A stretch of 64,000 nucleotides of DNA from Chrysomallon squamiferum. Its lineage: Eukaryota > Animalia > Mollusca. The notes beneath the pieces were generated by a model that was not told the DNA's origin, did not search any database, and was given only the letters and a program-made list of their open reading frames with translations. Position numbers and translations under genes: made by a program. Each line of letters opens with the position of its first letter. Position 1 is the first letter of the stretch. Location: contig CM022666.1 in the NCBI GenBank assembly GCA_012295275.1, positions 8,742,001 to 8,806,000 on the forward strand, read 5' to 3'. This document shows positions 32,178 through 46,953 of this stretch, piece by piece.

Positions 32178-32844
32178 CAGAGGTGCACACATACCATAAC
32201 GACACACACACGTAAACAGACACATACACACGTTAATCTATTTACTAATGTGTTTGTGTGAAACCCAATTCGGATCTATTTCTTGTTTTGTTTATACATG
32301 TTAAAAAAATAAAATAAAAATTGGTTTCATGATAAAACATAATACGTCAGAGCTGAAATCAAACCAGTTACTGAAAATAGTATCTGCATGTGCAGTGGTA
32401 TTAAATTAGGTTTTAAGTGCCAAGCAGTAAAACAATAAATTCAGTTAAGGAAATATATTACAGGCAGGTGAAGATGATTAGGTTGCAGATGAAATAAAAA
32501 TACCAGCATTTATTGTTTGTAAGCATGAGTGTGTGTGTGTGTGTGTGTAGGTGGGTATGTTTGTGTATATGTGAGTGTATATGTTATGTGTATGTGTGTG
32601 TCTGTGTATTGTTTGTATGTTGTATATACTATATTGTATACAGAAACCTAAGTCAAACAACCAGAGCAGACTGACAGAAACCTTCAAATACACCAGATCC
32701 CCTTTTGACAATGTGAGCATTTTGTGTTCGGGTGCATCTGTCTGAGTGCATGTAGGGTAACTAGACAGAGGGATAGATAGTCAGACAGACAGACAGATAG
32801 ACAGTTCTAATCATTCACGCATGTCTGGATAGACGAATCAACGA

Positions 32845-33358
32845 ATGAATGGATGGAAAGAGAGGGAAATGTAGAGAAATGGATGAACGGATGAATGGAT
32901 GAATGCAAGAATGAATGGATGAATGCAAGGATGTATGGATGTATGAATGGATATATGGATGTACGGATGGATGTATGAATGGATGTATGGATGGATGGAT
33001 GAATGGATGGATGAATGTATGGATGGAAGGATGGATGTATGAATGGATGAAAGGATGGATGGATGTATGGATGGATGGATGGATGGATGGATGGGTGGAT
33101 GGATGGATGGATGGATGGATGGATGGATGGATGGATGGATGGATGGATGAAAGGATGGATGGATGTATGGATGGATGGATGGATGGATGGATGGATGGAT
33201 GGATGGATGGATGGATGGATGGATGGATGGATGGATGGATGGATGGATGGATGGATGGATGGATGGATGGATGGATGGATGGATGGATGGATGGATGGAT
33301 GGATGGATGGATGGATGGATGGATGGAAGGATGGATGGATGGATGGATGGATGGATGG
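32845..33358. repeat. (GGAT)n tetranucleotide array, degenerate on the left and pure on the right
   Basis: Directly visible; produces the WMDG/IHPS pseudo-ORFs. Confidence 0.97.
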
Positions 33359-33580
33359 TCGATTGGTTTGACAGGCTGAACGAGTTTTGTAATTTACGCA
33401 TACTCGAAGTATAAAAAACATCCTTAATGAATAATTTTAATGTTATTCACAGCACCCGGGGTGTCTGTTTATACCCGACTAACAGTCAACCATGTCCTGT
33501 AATAGCTTTTTCATATCTAGCTTAGATATTTCAGAATGAAGATATTTATATGAGAACTCAGAATATATATGAGTGTATTT

Positions 33581-33581
<1 letters not shown>

Positions 33582-33664
<83 letters not shown>
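33582..33664. repeat. (AG)n microsatellite
   Basis: Directly visible. Confidence 0.95.
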
Positions 33665-33668
<4 letters not shown>

Positions 33669-33773
33669 ACAGACAGACAGACAGACAGACAAACAAACAG
33701 ACAGAGAGACTGAGAAGAGAGATAGATAGATAGAGTGTATGTATGTGGGTATTTGTTGTAACTCTTAATATTT

Positions 33774-33808
<35 letters not shown>

Positions 33809-34189
33809 TTTTATTAAATTTTATTTTAATATATTTTATTTTTTTATTTTTTTTGAAAAGAAAATGAATAGCTCGAATGAAGTACAGATTAGTAAAGTAA
33901 AATGATTTAAACACAATAATACTGGACACTGAGATCGAAAGAACCAAATAAATAAAAATAAACAAACAGAGAAACGGACACATTAAGAAAATTTCCATTA
34001 CTGATAATTACTCTTTCCAGAGTGCAAAATCAATAGATGTTGTCATTTTTATTTGTCAGCCCTGCAGACATGTACATTCACACCTGTTTACGATTGTCAA
34101 AACTTCTACTACTGTCTCTGTCGTTCAATATTTCGGAAGTGACGTAATGAAACATGTCCGTTTCAGTAGATGGAGATATGTCGATTACT

Positions 34190-34860
34190 GATAGCACGCC
34201 GGTGACCAGCGAGCGGTATTAAACAACGTCATAATGAAATGACATCAGCATTTAACCTCGATAATAGTCCGGCTAATTCTCGCGAGAACCCGCGCGGGGC
34301 CGCGTCTTCCTCTCGAGCGCGCGCTTGACAGGAAGCCATCAGGCGCAATAGAAAAGAAGATGCCTTCATCGCTGGCAGAAATGAAATTAACACCGTGATT
34401 GTTTGGTGGGTGGGGGGAACAGGATTGTTTGAGCAATGCTGGAAAGAGGAGGGTTGTCTGGGGGGTTGGAGGATATGATGGAGGGCTGTTTAGGTGGTGG
34501 TGGAGCAGAGAAAAACGGTATGAAACTCACTAATAATAATTGCTGTCAAGCAATGAAAGGAACTGTTTTTAGAAATATCTCTGAGTATCTCCATTTTACC
34601 TCCTCCTTCCTCTTTCCTCCCCCTCTTCCATTTCACCACATCCACACCCTCTCTTACCCCTCCTCTCTTACAAGAAAGTCATTGCAGCATACTGCTTGAA
34701 TTAAACGAAAATTTCCCGCGAGAGAGCGAGAGACAAGGAAACGGCCTTTAAACGATCGTTGATTACATTTCTTATCAAGTTCACGCGCTCGCCTCGCGCC
34801 CGCTCATGATGATGTCAATTTCTTCTCTATCGCATTTCACGGGCGGCTAACCCCATGTCC
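34190..34860. promoter_or_regulatory. CpG-rich candidate cis-regulatory island (two CpG cores)
   Basis: Dense CGCG runs, palindrome TTCTCGCGAGAA (34277-34288) and E2F-type TTTCCCGC (34712-34719); no coding potential. Confidence 0.45.
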
Positions 34861-36148
34861 TTCTTCATCAACCCTTTTTTTTTTCACTCGACACTACAAG
34901 TTAGAGACACACAAACAAAACCTTTCAACCTCACCACTGTCCCCAACTAACCCTGTGTCAACGAAAAGAAATTGCTCATTCCACAAATTTTATTATTTTT
35001 GCCTATTTTCAAAGGTTTTTCTCAGCGCTGCCTTCAATTTCCCTCACGCCGTCTGGATCGAGACCTTTTGTGGCAAAGCAAACACATCGAAGCATTACCG
35101 CGATATCCAAATTAAAACTGACGTATTACAAACACAAACTCAAACTGACGTGTAACAAATACCAGCCTCAAATTGACGATATCCACTTTTTTCTTCTTCT
35201 CTTAAGAATCGTGGACTGGTGTCTTTATCTGGACTCCATCTTGATTGGCCTGGGTGAGATTATTGACTCTCACTGGACAAGGAATGTTCGGGATTTTCGT
35301 GTCTTCTAATCAGACACTTCGGCTAACAGAAATTAAAACGGGCAAACAATGCACGTGCGTTTTGACAGACACCTTAAATGAAATGGTACACAGCACATTT
35401 TACTGAGCTGTCAGCTGACCGAGCCGAAAAAGAAACTGACAGCAACAGAGAAATCGATTTCGATGTACATTTCTTTCTTTTTTTTAACTGTTAGTTAATT
35501 TTGAATATTTTTTTTAAAATTTAATTTATTGATTTATGTTTTATACTGATTTATTTATTTATTTGTTTGTTTTTTTGTTTGTTTATTTGTTTATTTCATC
35601 TTCTTTTCTTCTTCTTCTTCTTCTTCTTCTTATTATTATTATTATTATTATTATTGTTGTTGTTATTGTTATTGTTGTTGTTGTTATTATTGTTGATATT
35701 ATTATTATTATTACTACTACTACTACTATTACTATTATCTCAACACGTGTCTCCGTTATTGCTATAACGATAACTACTACAACTACAACTACGACTACTA
35801 CGTCTAGTTCTGTAATTACTGCTTCACAAACTAAAATTTTATAGAAAATTTGTTACACAGTTAGAGACACGTGGTAATCGATGACTGTATAAATAAATTT
35901 TACCTGTCAAACAGCTCCAACGAAATGATAAATATTTGATGACAAGACTAAGCGTATTATTTGTACAAATGATTCCTAGGGCTTAAGTACGCCTTCCAGA
36001 TCAATAATAAAACCAAGATATCTTAACAGACAGTTGTTTAAACAGAACAAAGTTTGATTATGTACAAAACAGTAATTTGTAGAATAAAACAAAAACATTT
36101 TTATTAGATAAAGAATTAAAATGATTAGGATATTTGCATGATTACTGC

Positions 36149-36192
<44 letters not shown>

Positions 36193-36842
36193 GTAATAAT
36201 AACAACAACAATAAAAACAACAATATTAATAATAATAATAATGACGACTATGATGGTAGTAGTATTACTAGTAATAGTAATAGTAGTAGTATTACTAGTA
36301 ATAGTAATAGTAGTAGTAGTACCAGTGGTAGCAGTCGTGGTAGTAGTAGTAGTTGTAGAAATATTAATAGTATATATAGTGGTAGTAGTTGTACTAAATA
36401 GTAGAGTATATTTATTTATTTATTTATCTACGCTTTTTACTTTTTTCAAATTACAACTATTTATTTATTTATTTATTTATTTATTTATCTACGCTTTTTA
36501 CTTTTTTGCAAATTCCACCTAACAGTATTGTTAATAACTCTTTCTAAAATGAACATCTAAGACTCATTTTTTAAATTACTCCTCGTTTTGTGTTTGCTTT
36601 GTTATAAAAGTTTCTGTTAAAGCTCACGATCCCCCGCAGACGTTCTTTAACATCAAATAAGAAGAAACTCTAATAGAAAATTAATGATCAAGTTTATAAC
36701 CTTTTATACACAACAAACGGAAAATTGGCGAAAATTAACGAAAATTTACGATCAGTCTTGTAATCTTTTTCTCGAGCGAGTTTTTCTCACAAATTAAGAC
36801 TTGAACTAAACTGACTTTCTCATCAAATTTTCTCCTTTTTAA

Positions 36843-36878
<36 letters not shown>

Positions 36879-37757
36879 AGTTTCCTTCCTTAATTCTTCC
36901 GGTTTAATTGGCTAGCGCGAACCGCCAAGAAAACACGACCAGCCGATCTCGATTCGGCCATTTTTAGACTTCCCATAGAGCGCCATCTATGAAATTCATT
37001 TTCGCATCAATAGAACCGACAATATGGCTTTGTCTGTAGATGACGGTTCACCGCGGGAAGACCATTGTGTGAGACTGATTGTGTTTTCCAAAGGTATTCA
37101 CGTGTATTTAGCGAGTCCGTCTCTTTAATAGAAAACAGAATTAATCTAGAACGAGCGAGAGACTTATTTTCATTTCAAAGCCCATGCGAAATTAGTATAC
37201 ATCAGAATATGATGGCAGTGCACGGAGAAAGGGAAAAAAAATATTTTGTAATTATAAACTGATTTAGCTCGCCGTGGTTGTTAGCGTCGCATGTATCTGA
37301 CCTATTGGCTTGTTGTTAATTGGAGATCAACTGGATATCAGCATGCACAGTGCGTGTACAGTTATAACTTTGTGCGTGAATCGACGTATATGTATTTTTT
37401 GTCGTGAATGAACGCTTATATATAGCTGTATGTCAGTGTATAAGTGCATGTATGTGTATGTATGTATGTTTATATATATGTGTGGGTATGTTTCTGTGTG
37501 TGTGTGTACATAATGTTCTGTGATTTGATATATGCAGTACTTGTATACTTATATATTTATACTTGTAAGTATGTAAAACTACGAATGTATATATTATTGA
37601 TTAATCTAAAAATAAAAATAATAAACTATATTTTGAAATGCAAAAAATTCTATACCAGTTATATCATGATCGTTTTCAAATATGAATAAATTGTTCAGCA
37701 CAATACGTAAATGTTTAAGCAGAATAATTATTAAAGATGTATCCAGATTAAAGATGC

Positions 37758-37792
<35 letters not shown>

Positions 37793-37837
37793 CACACATG
37801 CATATAGATAGATAGACAGATATAGATATGTACATAT

Positions 37838-37915
<78 letters not shown>
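37838..37915. repeat. (TAGA)n microsatellite
   Basis: Directly visible. Confidence 0.93.
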
Positions 37916-37916
<1 letters not shown>

Positions 37917-38451
37917 CAGATATGTACAATTTGAATTTCAGCTGGAGCAAACAACATTAAGTTTTAAACAAGAACTGTGGAGGTAAGAAAGTCGTAATGA
38001 TTTCACTCTGTTCCTCCAGATTGTTTTCCATTCTGCATCATAAACTATCCTCCTAGCATCTCCTGCCTCTCTGTAACAAAAGCTCATCTAGTCGGGTATT
38101 GCAGGAATGCGTTTATTTTTGCAACACGATGCTTTCTTTTATTTATTTTGCTAACGAAACCGAAAGTAGTTTTCGTCAGTTTCACGTAAGTTTGCACACC
38201 CACTTCGCACTGGCTTGACACTCTCTTTGGTCGTATGGTTTGTCAGAATGGTGTAAAATAATTGTTTCTTTATTTTGATTTAAACAACTTTGTACTACGT
38301 TCAGTTGCACGTGCGCACGTATATTATACGACGAGCGGAATATTATGTTCAAACGAAAAGAGAGTGAAAAAAAAGAGGAATATATAAATTTTCAGTTCTT
38401 TTTCGTCGTCTTGTTTTTTCTTTAGATTTAAAATGATTCTTTTTTTTTCTT

Positions 38452-38484
<33 letters not shown>

Positions 38485-38866
38485 CATTTTTAATATTGTA
38501 TACAAAGAGACTTTCGGTGCTTTTCGATTTAAAAACTGCAATAGAAATTTTAGAAAAAAGTAAATTTTGACAAAATAGATAAGTAAACAACCACAATACA
38601 CACCTAAACACACACGCAACCACACACAGCAAGTACGTAAATACAAGATAAATAAATTGTTAAATACAAGTAAGTAAGTAAATAAAGTAAATAATTAAAC
38701 TTTTTAATTAACAAAAAAGAAACACTATAAATAAATAAATAAATAAATAAATAAATACATTACAAATGATAATTATAATCAAAATAAGAAAAGAAAATTT
38801 CTGACTTTAGTTGTGTTCTTTTGGGGGTTTTTTACGCCATATATTTTATATCAACAATACACTAAT

Positions 38867-38898
<32 letters not shown>

Positions 38899-39153
38899 TT
38901 ATTTAATTTACTTTTTTGCTTATTTGTTTGTTGTTGTTCTCTTTGGGTTTTTTTTTTTTTTTTTTCTCCTTTTTTTCTCACAACGTTAACATGTCAGTAA
39001 GATTGAAGAAAAGAAACAAAATGTTTCGAAATGATAACTTGAATTTCTCACATAGCTTACTGGTACCTAATATAAAATAATACTTGTTTTCTTCATTATT
39101 ATTATATTATTGTTGTTGTTGTTTTGATGTTATTTTCCTGTTGTTGTTTTCTA

Positions 39154-39216
<63 letters not shown>

Positions 39217-39635
39217 AACAAATGCAGAGTAATGTATATCAGTGTATATTATAATTTATATGTAAGAAGTCAATGACAATTTCCAGTAACGGTTGTTCTA
39301 CAGCTGGTTGCCATGGATGCACCAATCTAAAGCATAATGACGTTTAAATGACCATTCTTATGACGTTAACGTGAAGGAGACATGAAAATCGAATTAGTTA
39401 TAATCTCCCGCGCTAACGACGTATCGCTCCAGTATACAATCCACTCGAAAAAAGAAAAGGAAAGTACAAAGAAAGAAGAATGAAAAAGAGAGAAAAAGAA
39501 ATGAAAGAATAATTATGATACTGTCCCTTTCCAAACATGATCGTTTAATGTTGAGAAATTAATTTAGCAATAATTCACTCAGCGAAGATTTGTTTCAGAA
39601 TAGTACAAGTGTCTTCCATTTGTTTCTTTTATAAA

Positions 39636-39639
<4 letters not shown>

Positions 39640-39719
<80 letters not shown>
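39640..39719. repeat. (CT)n microsatellite
   Basis: Directly visible. Confidence 0.95.
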
Positions 39720-39721
<2 letters not shown>

Positions 39722-39849
39722 GGGTTATTCTCGACTAGTTTTAATTGAAATGGGAATGGTCCCCAAAGCAATTAATTCTTTTATTCGACGGAGAGCTTTC
39801 CATTTGGTATGTGTAATTGGAGAGATTGGGACGAATATTGAATAATGAT

Positions 39850-40290
39850 CGCTGGAGACGAACAAGACGAGAGTAACACGTTTCACGACGCTGCCCAATA
39901 ACGACGTCGCGATGCCTCAATCGGTTCTAATTTAACATTTTCCTGAATGCCACCCAATCTGGCAATTACAGAGGAGGGTCAGTTGAAACAAAAGCACGCC
40001 GCCTCGTCCAGTCTCGCGCGCCCTGCCGCCTAGAAGCACGCGCTACGTTGCACGTGCAAACAGGCTGGCTGGCGAAGCGCTGACGTTTCTGGGAAAACGG
40101 CAGGTTCGCGGTTCTCCGGGGAGGAAGTGCACACGAGGAAAACGAAAAGGATGTAGCGCACGAAGTCCCCGCCCCCCTTGTAGCTGTTTGAAAGACGAGA
40201 AGTGTTGAAGGGGAAAAAGAAGAGAGAAATGAATAAATTTCCTGACCCATTTTTTTTTTTTTTTTTTCTGTTTTCATTGGCCACACGAAT
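39850..40290. promoter_or_regulatory. GC/CpG-rich promoter- or enhancer-like island
   Basis: E-box palindrome TTGCACGTGCAA (40049-40060), STAT-like TTCTGGGAA (40087-40095), ETS GAGGAAGT (40121-40128), GC-box CCCCGCCCC (40167-40175) and inverted CCAAT (ATTGG, ~40276). Confidence 0.45.
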
Positions 40291-40363
40291 ATAAATACAA
40301 ACATTTTTTTCTTGTTTTTCTTTTTTCTTTTTTTGAAATTTTGTTTGTTTGTTTGTTGTTTGG

Positions 40364-40402
<39 letters not shown>

Positions 40403-40888
40403 TTTCAGTTTGTTTTGTTTTATTTTGTTTTAAACTGTATGTATATATATATTCAAATGAATTTTACACATAATATTATAAATACCAATCAATAAATTTT
40501 GCATGTACAATTACCATGCAAATCAGTTTTAAATATAGCTTTACCATTCAATACATTTTACAAACAGCGTCACCATTCAATGAATTTCAAATATACCGTT
40601 TCAATTTTACCGTTCAATTAATTCTACATAATTAATCAGTGAATTTGTTTTATTTCACGAACTGGTAGAATGCCAGAGCGTCGTCTGACATAAATCATTA
40701 TTCTTCACAACTAAACAGCCGTGCTTCCTCAGCTGAAGACATTAATTCAAATAAACAGTCTAGTGAGAACAGTCAATTACCTCTCCTTTATTGACGTCAA
40801 CAAAACCCACAGCGAGGCTGACGTTACGGTAATAAGCGGAACTACACGAAACAAGACGATATGTAATTGCAATATTGTTTATTTCTGT

Positions 40889-40925
<37 letters not shown>

Positions 40926-43205
40926 TATATATATATATGTTATTGCTAAACAACAAACCAAATATTTTTAGCTATTTTAATAATGTGTATCTGGGATTAT
41001 TTTTTCTTGTTTTACGTTAACCTTCTTCATTTATTCATTTATTCATTTATTCTTTCATTCATTCATTTACATACATATATAAGAATATATACATACACAA
41101 AAACAAAATCATACACACACACACACACACGTACATACAAGCACATTTATACAGACAGACAGACAGTCATGCGCCTTATATAATTAAAACCTCAGTCTTA
41201 CAGAAAAGCTTCAATTATTGTGGTGTTTGATTTCAAGATTCAGCCTACGGACACAAACACATACTGACTGACAGGTAAACAATAGAAACATCTCATATAT
41301 TTAATTTCTTACTGTATTCTGTTTCACGTTACTGTCGCGTCGCATTGTTTTTGATGACAGATGAAAAACGCATGGTCTGTCTCGGACGTGAAACTCACGT
41401 GTAGGTAATTCAACACGAATCTCACACATTGTCAAATAAATGAAACGATTTACCGAGTTGGAGAAAACAAAACAAAGTCGACAAGCTGTTACTTTGTTCA
41501 GCAGAGAATACTTCTTTGTTTTTTATTTTAAATTATAATTATGTTGTTGTTGTTGTCAGTAACTATTTCATTAAATTTTATTTTGTATTATTAATTAATA
41601 ATTTTATTTATTTATTTATTTATTTACTTATTTATTTATTTTGTTATATTTATTTATTTACATTTATTTATTTATTTATTTATTGAGTCAGTGAGTGAGT
41701 GAGTGAGTAATTTTTATTAATTTAATTATTTTGATTTCGTTCTAGTTTATTGATTCAGATAACTGTAACAAACAGTAAAAAAAATGCAAACAAGATAAAA
41801 AATGACGAGCAACAAAAGAAACAGAAAAACATAATGGTCCTGTGTAGTGGTATGTGCGTATGTGTGCGTGGGAATGCGTATTGGCGGGGGGACTGGGTTT
41901 AAAGATGGTGGATCCCTTTAATAACATATATATGTATTAAGAATGCGAAACAGAATATTACTTTTGAAGTGTATATCGCATTCAGCTTTATCAAATTATA
42001 ACTGAAATCTTATTTGTTTTGTTGTTTGTTATTATTAGAAGTAGTAGTTGCAGAAGCTGTAGTGGTGATGGTGTTAATAATAATACTAGTAGCAGTAGTT
42101 GTAACAACAGAGTGGTAGTAGTAGTATACGTGATGTGTTACCTTTTCAGTCCTAAATAAAACACGACAAAATGTACGTAAGTTGTTGAACGTTGGTAATG
42201 ACGTCATAATAGAGTGAACTTTGACCTCGAATGTAGGCAAGCAAAAGGTCTCTAATTCTGTTTTTATTTAAACTTGGAAAGTGTCAGCAGAAAGGTAGGT
42301 AAGAATCATTTTAATAATTAAAAATATTTAATGTTAATAATAAAAATTAATAGTAATATTTATCTTGAATTTGTTGTTATTGTTTTGAAATGATTGTTGT
42401 TATTGTTTTGAAATGATTGTTGTTATTGTTGTTAAATTCAATAAACAAAATAGTAAAAAAGTAAATAAATAACAGACGAATGAGTGGATTAATATCGATT
42501 TTATTTATTTATTTATTTATTTTTGGAGGGCGTTTGTTTTGTTTTTTTGTTTTTTTTTTTTTTTTTTATTTTATTTTATATTTTTAGGGGAGGCGTTTGT
42601 TTCTTTATTCATTTATTTATTTATAAATTCTTTTTTTTAATTCTTTTCAATTAACAGAAACAAACAAGCAAACAAACAACAAACAATAAATAAATAAATA
42701 AGTTAATAAATAAAGAAAACCGGTCCGTGTCATCGTTCCGACTCGAATGATTGATGCTGTGCTGGAGATTGGTGAAAATCATTAACTCGTTAAAGATTCT
42801 GTCCTCGGCTCACTAATTCAGACTTTATTAATGATGGTCGTAACGGCGAGAAAAGCCTGCAATTTTCTGACATGCGTCGATTAACGCTGTTACAGAGCTG
42901 AGTAGGAAAGATTTCACACCTGTCGATGACTTAGTGGTGTGTCGCCTTTCTGCGGGACAGCTTCCCGCCACAGCGGCCCAGTGGGGGGAGAGAAGTGGGA
43001 TGAGACTGCGATCTAGTTTTTGAGGTTAGAAAGTGTCAGGAAGGGGGTTAGGGAAAGGAGGGATGAGGGGAAGTGATGTAAAATTGTCTGTGACAAAGGT
43101 GAGTATATTTCTGTGTTTGTTTTTGTTTGCCTGAATTTTATTAAAATATTCTAATACTGATGATGCCAAATGATGATAATGATGTTGAAATAATGTCTGG
43201 AAGGC

Positions 43206-43216
43206 GTAGTAGTAGT

Positions 43217-43290
<74 letters not shown>

Positions 43291-43305
43291 CAGTAGTAGT
43301 AGTAG
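43206..43305. repeat. (AGT/AGC)n microsatellite
   Basis: Directly visible. Confidence 0.9.
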
Positions 43306-45870
43306 TAATACTTGTTGTTGTAATGTATTAATAATATTAGTAGTTAGTAGTAGTAGTAGTAGCAGTGGAAGTATTGGTAAAACAGATTTGAGAGATACTG
43401 AAATACACCTAACCAATGACATTCTAGAGTTCTGTCTTCTTCATTCATTCATTCTACATCATTTTAACATTATAAAACATAAATAACACTCGCAGAGGAA
43501 TCTAGATACAGCTTGATCCTTTTTATTCATTCATACATCCATTCATCCATCCATCCATCCATCCATCTACTTTTTCTATGTCACTTTAAAGTGCAAAAAA
43601 CAACCCTGATAGATTTTAATACAGGACGTAACAGCTAAGTATCAACAATATAGATACCATTTTATTGCTTGTAATATCGAGCTTTTTTTTTTTTTCCTGT
43701 TTAATGTATCTGTTGTAGATTTAATCAACGACATGCTATTCATGATGTAGACGTCACACCAGTGACGCCATCATATACAACGACGGCGGATAATAAAAAA
43801 TATGAATAATTTAGTGCGAGACTTCGGTGGGTTTTAACGACTGCGTGTTAAAAGCACGATGGGCTTGAAAACAGATTACAAGTTTTCCATACAGGAATAT
43901 TAATATTCGTGTGTATGTGGGTTAGTATTTCTCTGTGTGTGTTTGGTGTGTGTGGGTTTTTTTTGTGTGTGTTTGTGTGTGTATATATGTGCGTATGTGT
44001 GTGTATATGTGCGTATGTGTGTGTGTATATGTGCGTATGTGTGTGTATGTGCGTATGTGAGTGTGTACAGAGAGATAGAGAAAAAAAGAGAGAGAGAGAG
44101 AGCGAGAGAGAGAGAGAGAGTATAACTGGTTACTGTCGTAAGATATATGTATGTGTGTATATCTATGTATGTGCGTAAATGTATGTGTTTGTCTGTATCT
44201 GTGTATGTATGTATGTATGTATGTATGTATGTATGTATGTATGTATGTATATAAGTTTATGAGTAAATAACAAGTAATTTAAGTAAAATTAGTTTATGTC
44301 CTACAAATCTATATTTTTGGTCCGTGTAATGGTGGTTAGTCTTTTGTTTTGTTGTTTGTTTAGGGGGGTTGTTTGTTTTATGTTGTTGTTGTTGTTGTTG
44401 TTTTCTCTTTTTCATTAAAAAATCAGGATAGTGAATGAGTTATTGTGATTATCATTTGCTTTGCCAGCTGTTCTAATTTTTATTTTATTTTTTTTATTTT
44501 ATTTTTTAGAGTTTGAATCATATTTGCGTCAAAGGATGACGATGATGACAATGGTGTTGATACAGATAACATGGTAAAAAAGATACAGTACGGAAGACAA
44601 ATAGCTTTCTTAGATTTTCATTCATTCATTTATTCGTTTATTTATTATTTATTTATCCTTTTTTCTTTTTCTTCTCGTCTTCTTTTTAGTTCAGCTTCAT
44701 TTAACAATCTTACATTCATCCGTTCTCAAGATTTAAACGATGGTTCGGAACGTGAAAAAAACAAAATCTAACGTGCTCTTTCATCGTTACGAAACTATCT
44801 TAAGTTTTCATCATGCCTCAAGCTAAATTTTATTATAAAAAAAATTTCATCCACAGATATATTTTTCCTTTTTTTTTTCTTTCTTTCTTTTTCTTTCTTT
44901 TTTTCTTTTTATTTATAATACTTCATTTTCATTCCTTTTTATTTAATAATAATAATAAAAAAATATTAAAAATTAAATACTTTTTAATAAACATAATTAC
45001 CAAAACCACGTCATTATTGTTTCTATTTTGGGTCCCTCCTTCCCTTTGAAATGTATGCGAAGAGCCCCGGGGCTGTAATTCATGGTGTGTGAAGCGATTT
45101 ATCTGTGACTTACATCTAGTCGTTTGTCTTGCTACTCTTGGTGCTAAATGGTCCGACGCCGCTGCTAAAAGGCTTTTCAAGCGATCGATGACTCCTCGAT
45201 AAACATAAAATATTAAAACGAAATTTAAAAAGAAAAATAAATAAATAAAACTAAAAAAAAAAAAGATAGAAAGAAAAGAAGAAGAAGTGTTGAGATGTAA
45301 AATCTAGATTCCTGTTCATGGCTCACTTTGTAACGCGCTCGCGACGACAGCTGTACACAAACAGTGTCAACGTAACTTTAGAAGACGACGTTTTTGTCCG
45401 TTCTAACCGGAAATATTTGAAACATTGCTATTTCCCAGATAATGATTCGTAATAAGGATATAATATTAGAAATTTTCTCTCTTTTTTGTCCCGTTCTAAA
45501 CAGTTTTTCTAAAAAATTATTAACCAAAACGTTGTGGGTTTGATGCTTATTTTGTGCGGGGTTTTTTTTTTTTTTTTTTCAGAAAGAGGTTTGTTTTTCT
45601 TGTTGTTGTTTAGTTTGTTCATTTGTTTGTTTCTTTGGTTGTTTGTTGTGTTGGTGTTTTTTGTTGTTGGGTTGTTGTTTTTTTGGTTATGATTTTGTGT
45701 TGTTTCTTTTTGTATGTTTTCTTTTAATAAATAAATAAATAAATAAATAAATAAAATAAAATAAAATACATAATAATAATAGCAGTAGTAGTAGTTGTTG
45801 TTGTTGTTATTGTTGTTGTAATAACAATAATAATAATAGTAGTAGTAGTAGTAGTAGCAGTAGCAGTAGA

Positions 45871-45902
<32 letters not shown>

Positions 45903-46953
45903 TAGTAGTAGTAGCAGTAGTAGTAGTAGTAGTAGTACATCTTCTATTAGATATGAATGACGTCAGGTATTTTCTATCAGAGGTACGTGTTTAAAATTTT
46001 AAAACGTTTTTACAATTAGGATGCATACATACAGAGCTTTTGTCAACAATCTTATAGCAAAGACGTTAAAATTTCGAGTCATTATTCCGTTATGAAAAGA
46101 AACATTCACTGCTTGCAGCTTAATTTGATCTTCATTATGGGGGAGGGGAGGGGGAGGGGGAGAGGAGCGGGTCAGGACAGACTGACCCTAACGTTATTTA
46201 TATATTCTGATGACATTTCTTTAATTTTGAAATGTACTCTTTTGCTTGAATGCGAGTAAAACTCAGGTGTGTTAGTTAACATTGTCGTCAGAGAGAAATC
46301 ATTTGGTGAACTGAAACCCTAACCAAAACGACGTACACATCGCGCAGTTTAAAAAACAAAAAGTTGTGATCACAGCTAGAATAAATAGTAACCCCTGTTA
46401 GACAATAACTGTGCGCCTAGTGACGTCACAATGATATGGCCACCACCGTCATCATGACCATCATTATCATCATCATCTTTGTGACTGTCAGTGACACTCG
46501 GTTTTCCTGGACACAGCTCGGACACACGTCATGTCTGTTCCAGTTTAAGACTATGAACGTCCATCAGGACCAAAAGCAGAATCTCCAGATATAAGCCAAT
46601 GATTTTCCGATCAGTTCCATCACAAATTATGTTTTCTTTGTAAACATTATACACGGCACAGTAACGTATTTAGCTAAATTATTATCAAATCGGCTTTCCC
46701 GAATGATTCCCTTTAATTTGTATTTTTAACATCATTCGCTTATCTTCGGCGTTAACGTTCGTGAATGTTCGTTCGGCATTTCGGCAAAGACCGGCTATTT
46801 TTCTGTTGCTTTCTTTCTTTCTTTTTTCTTTCTTATTTGTTTGTTCGTTTGTTTCTTTCTTTATTTATTTATTTATTTTATTTTATTTTATTTTATTTTA
46901 TTCTATTCTATTCTATTCTATTTTATTTATTTTATTTTATTTTATTTTATTTG

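Noticed and set aside
22488-40523. Oct-Sox composite enhancers at octamers ATGCAAAT (22488, 40516)
   Set aside because: No correctly oriented adjacent Sox half-site.
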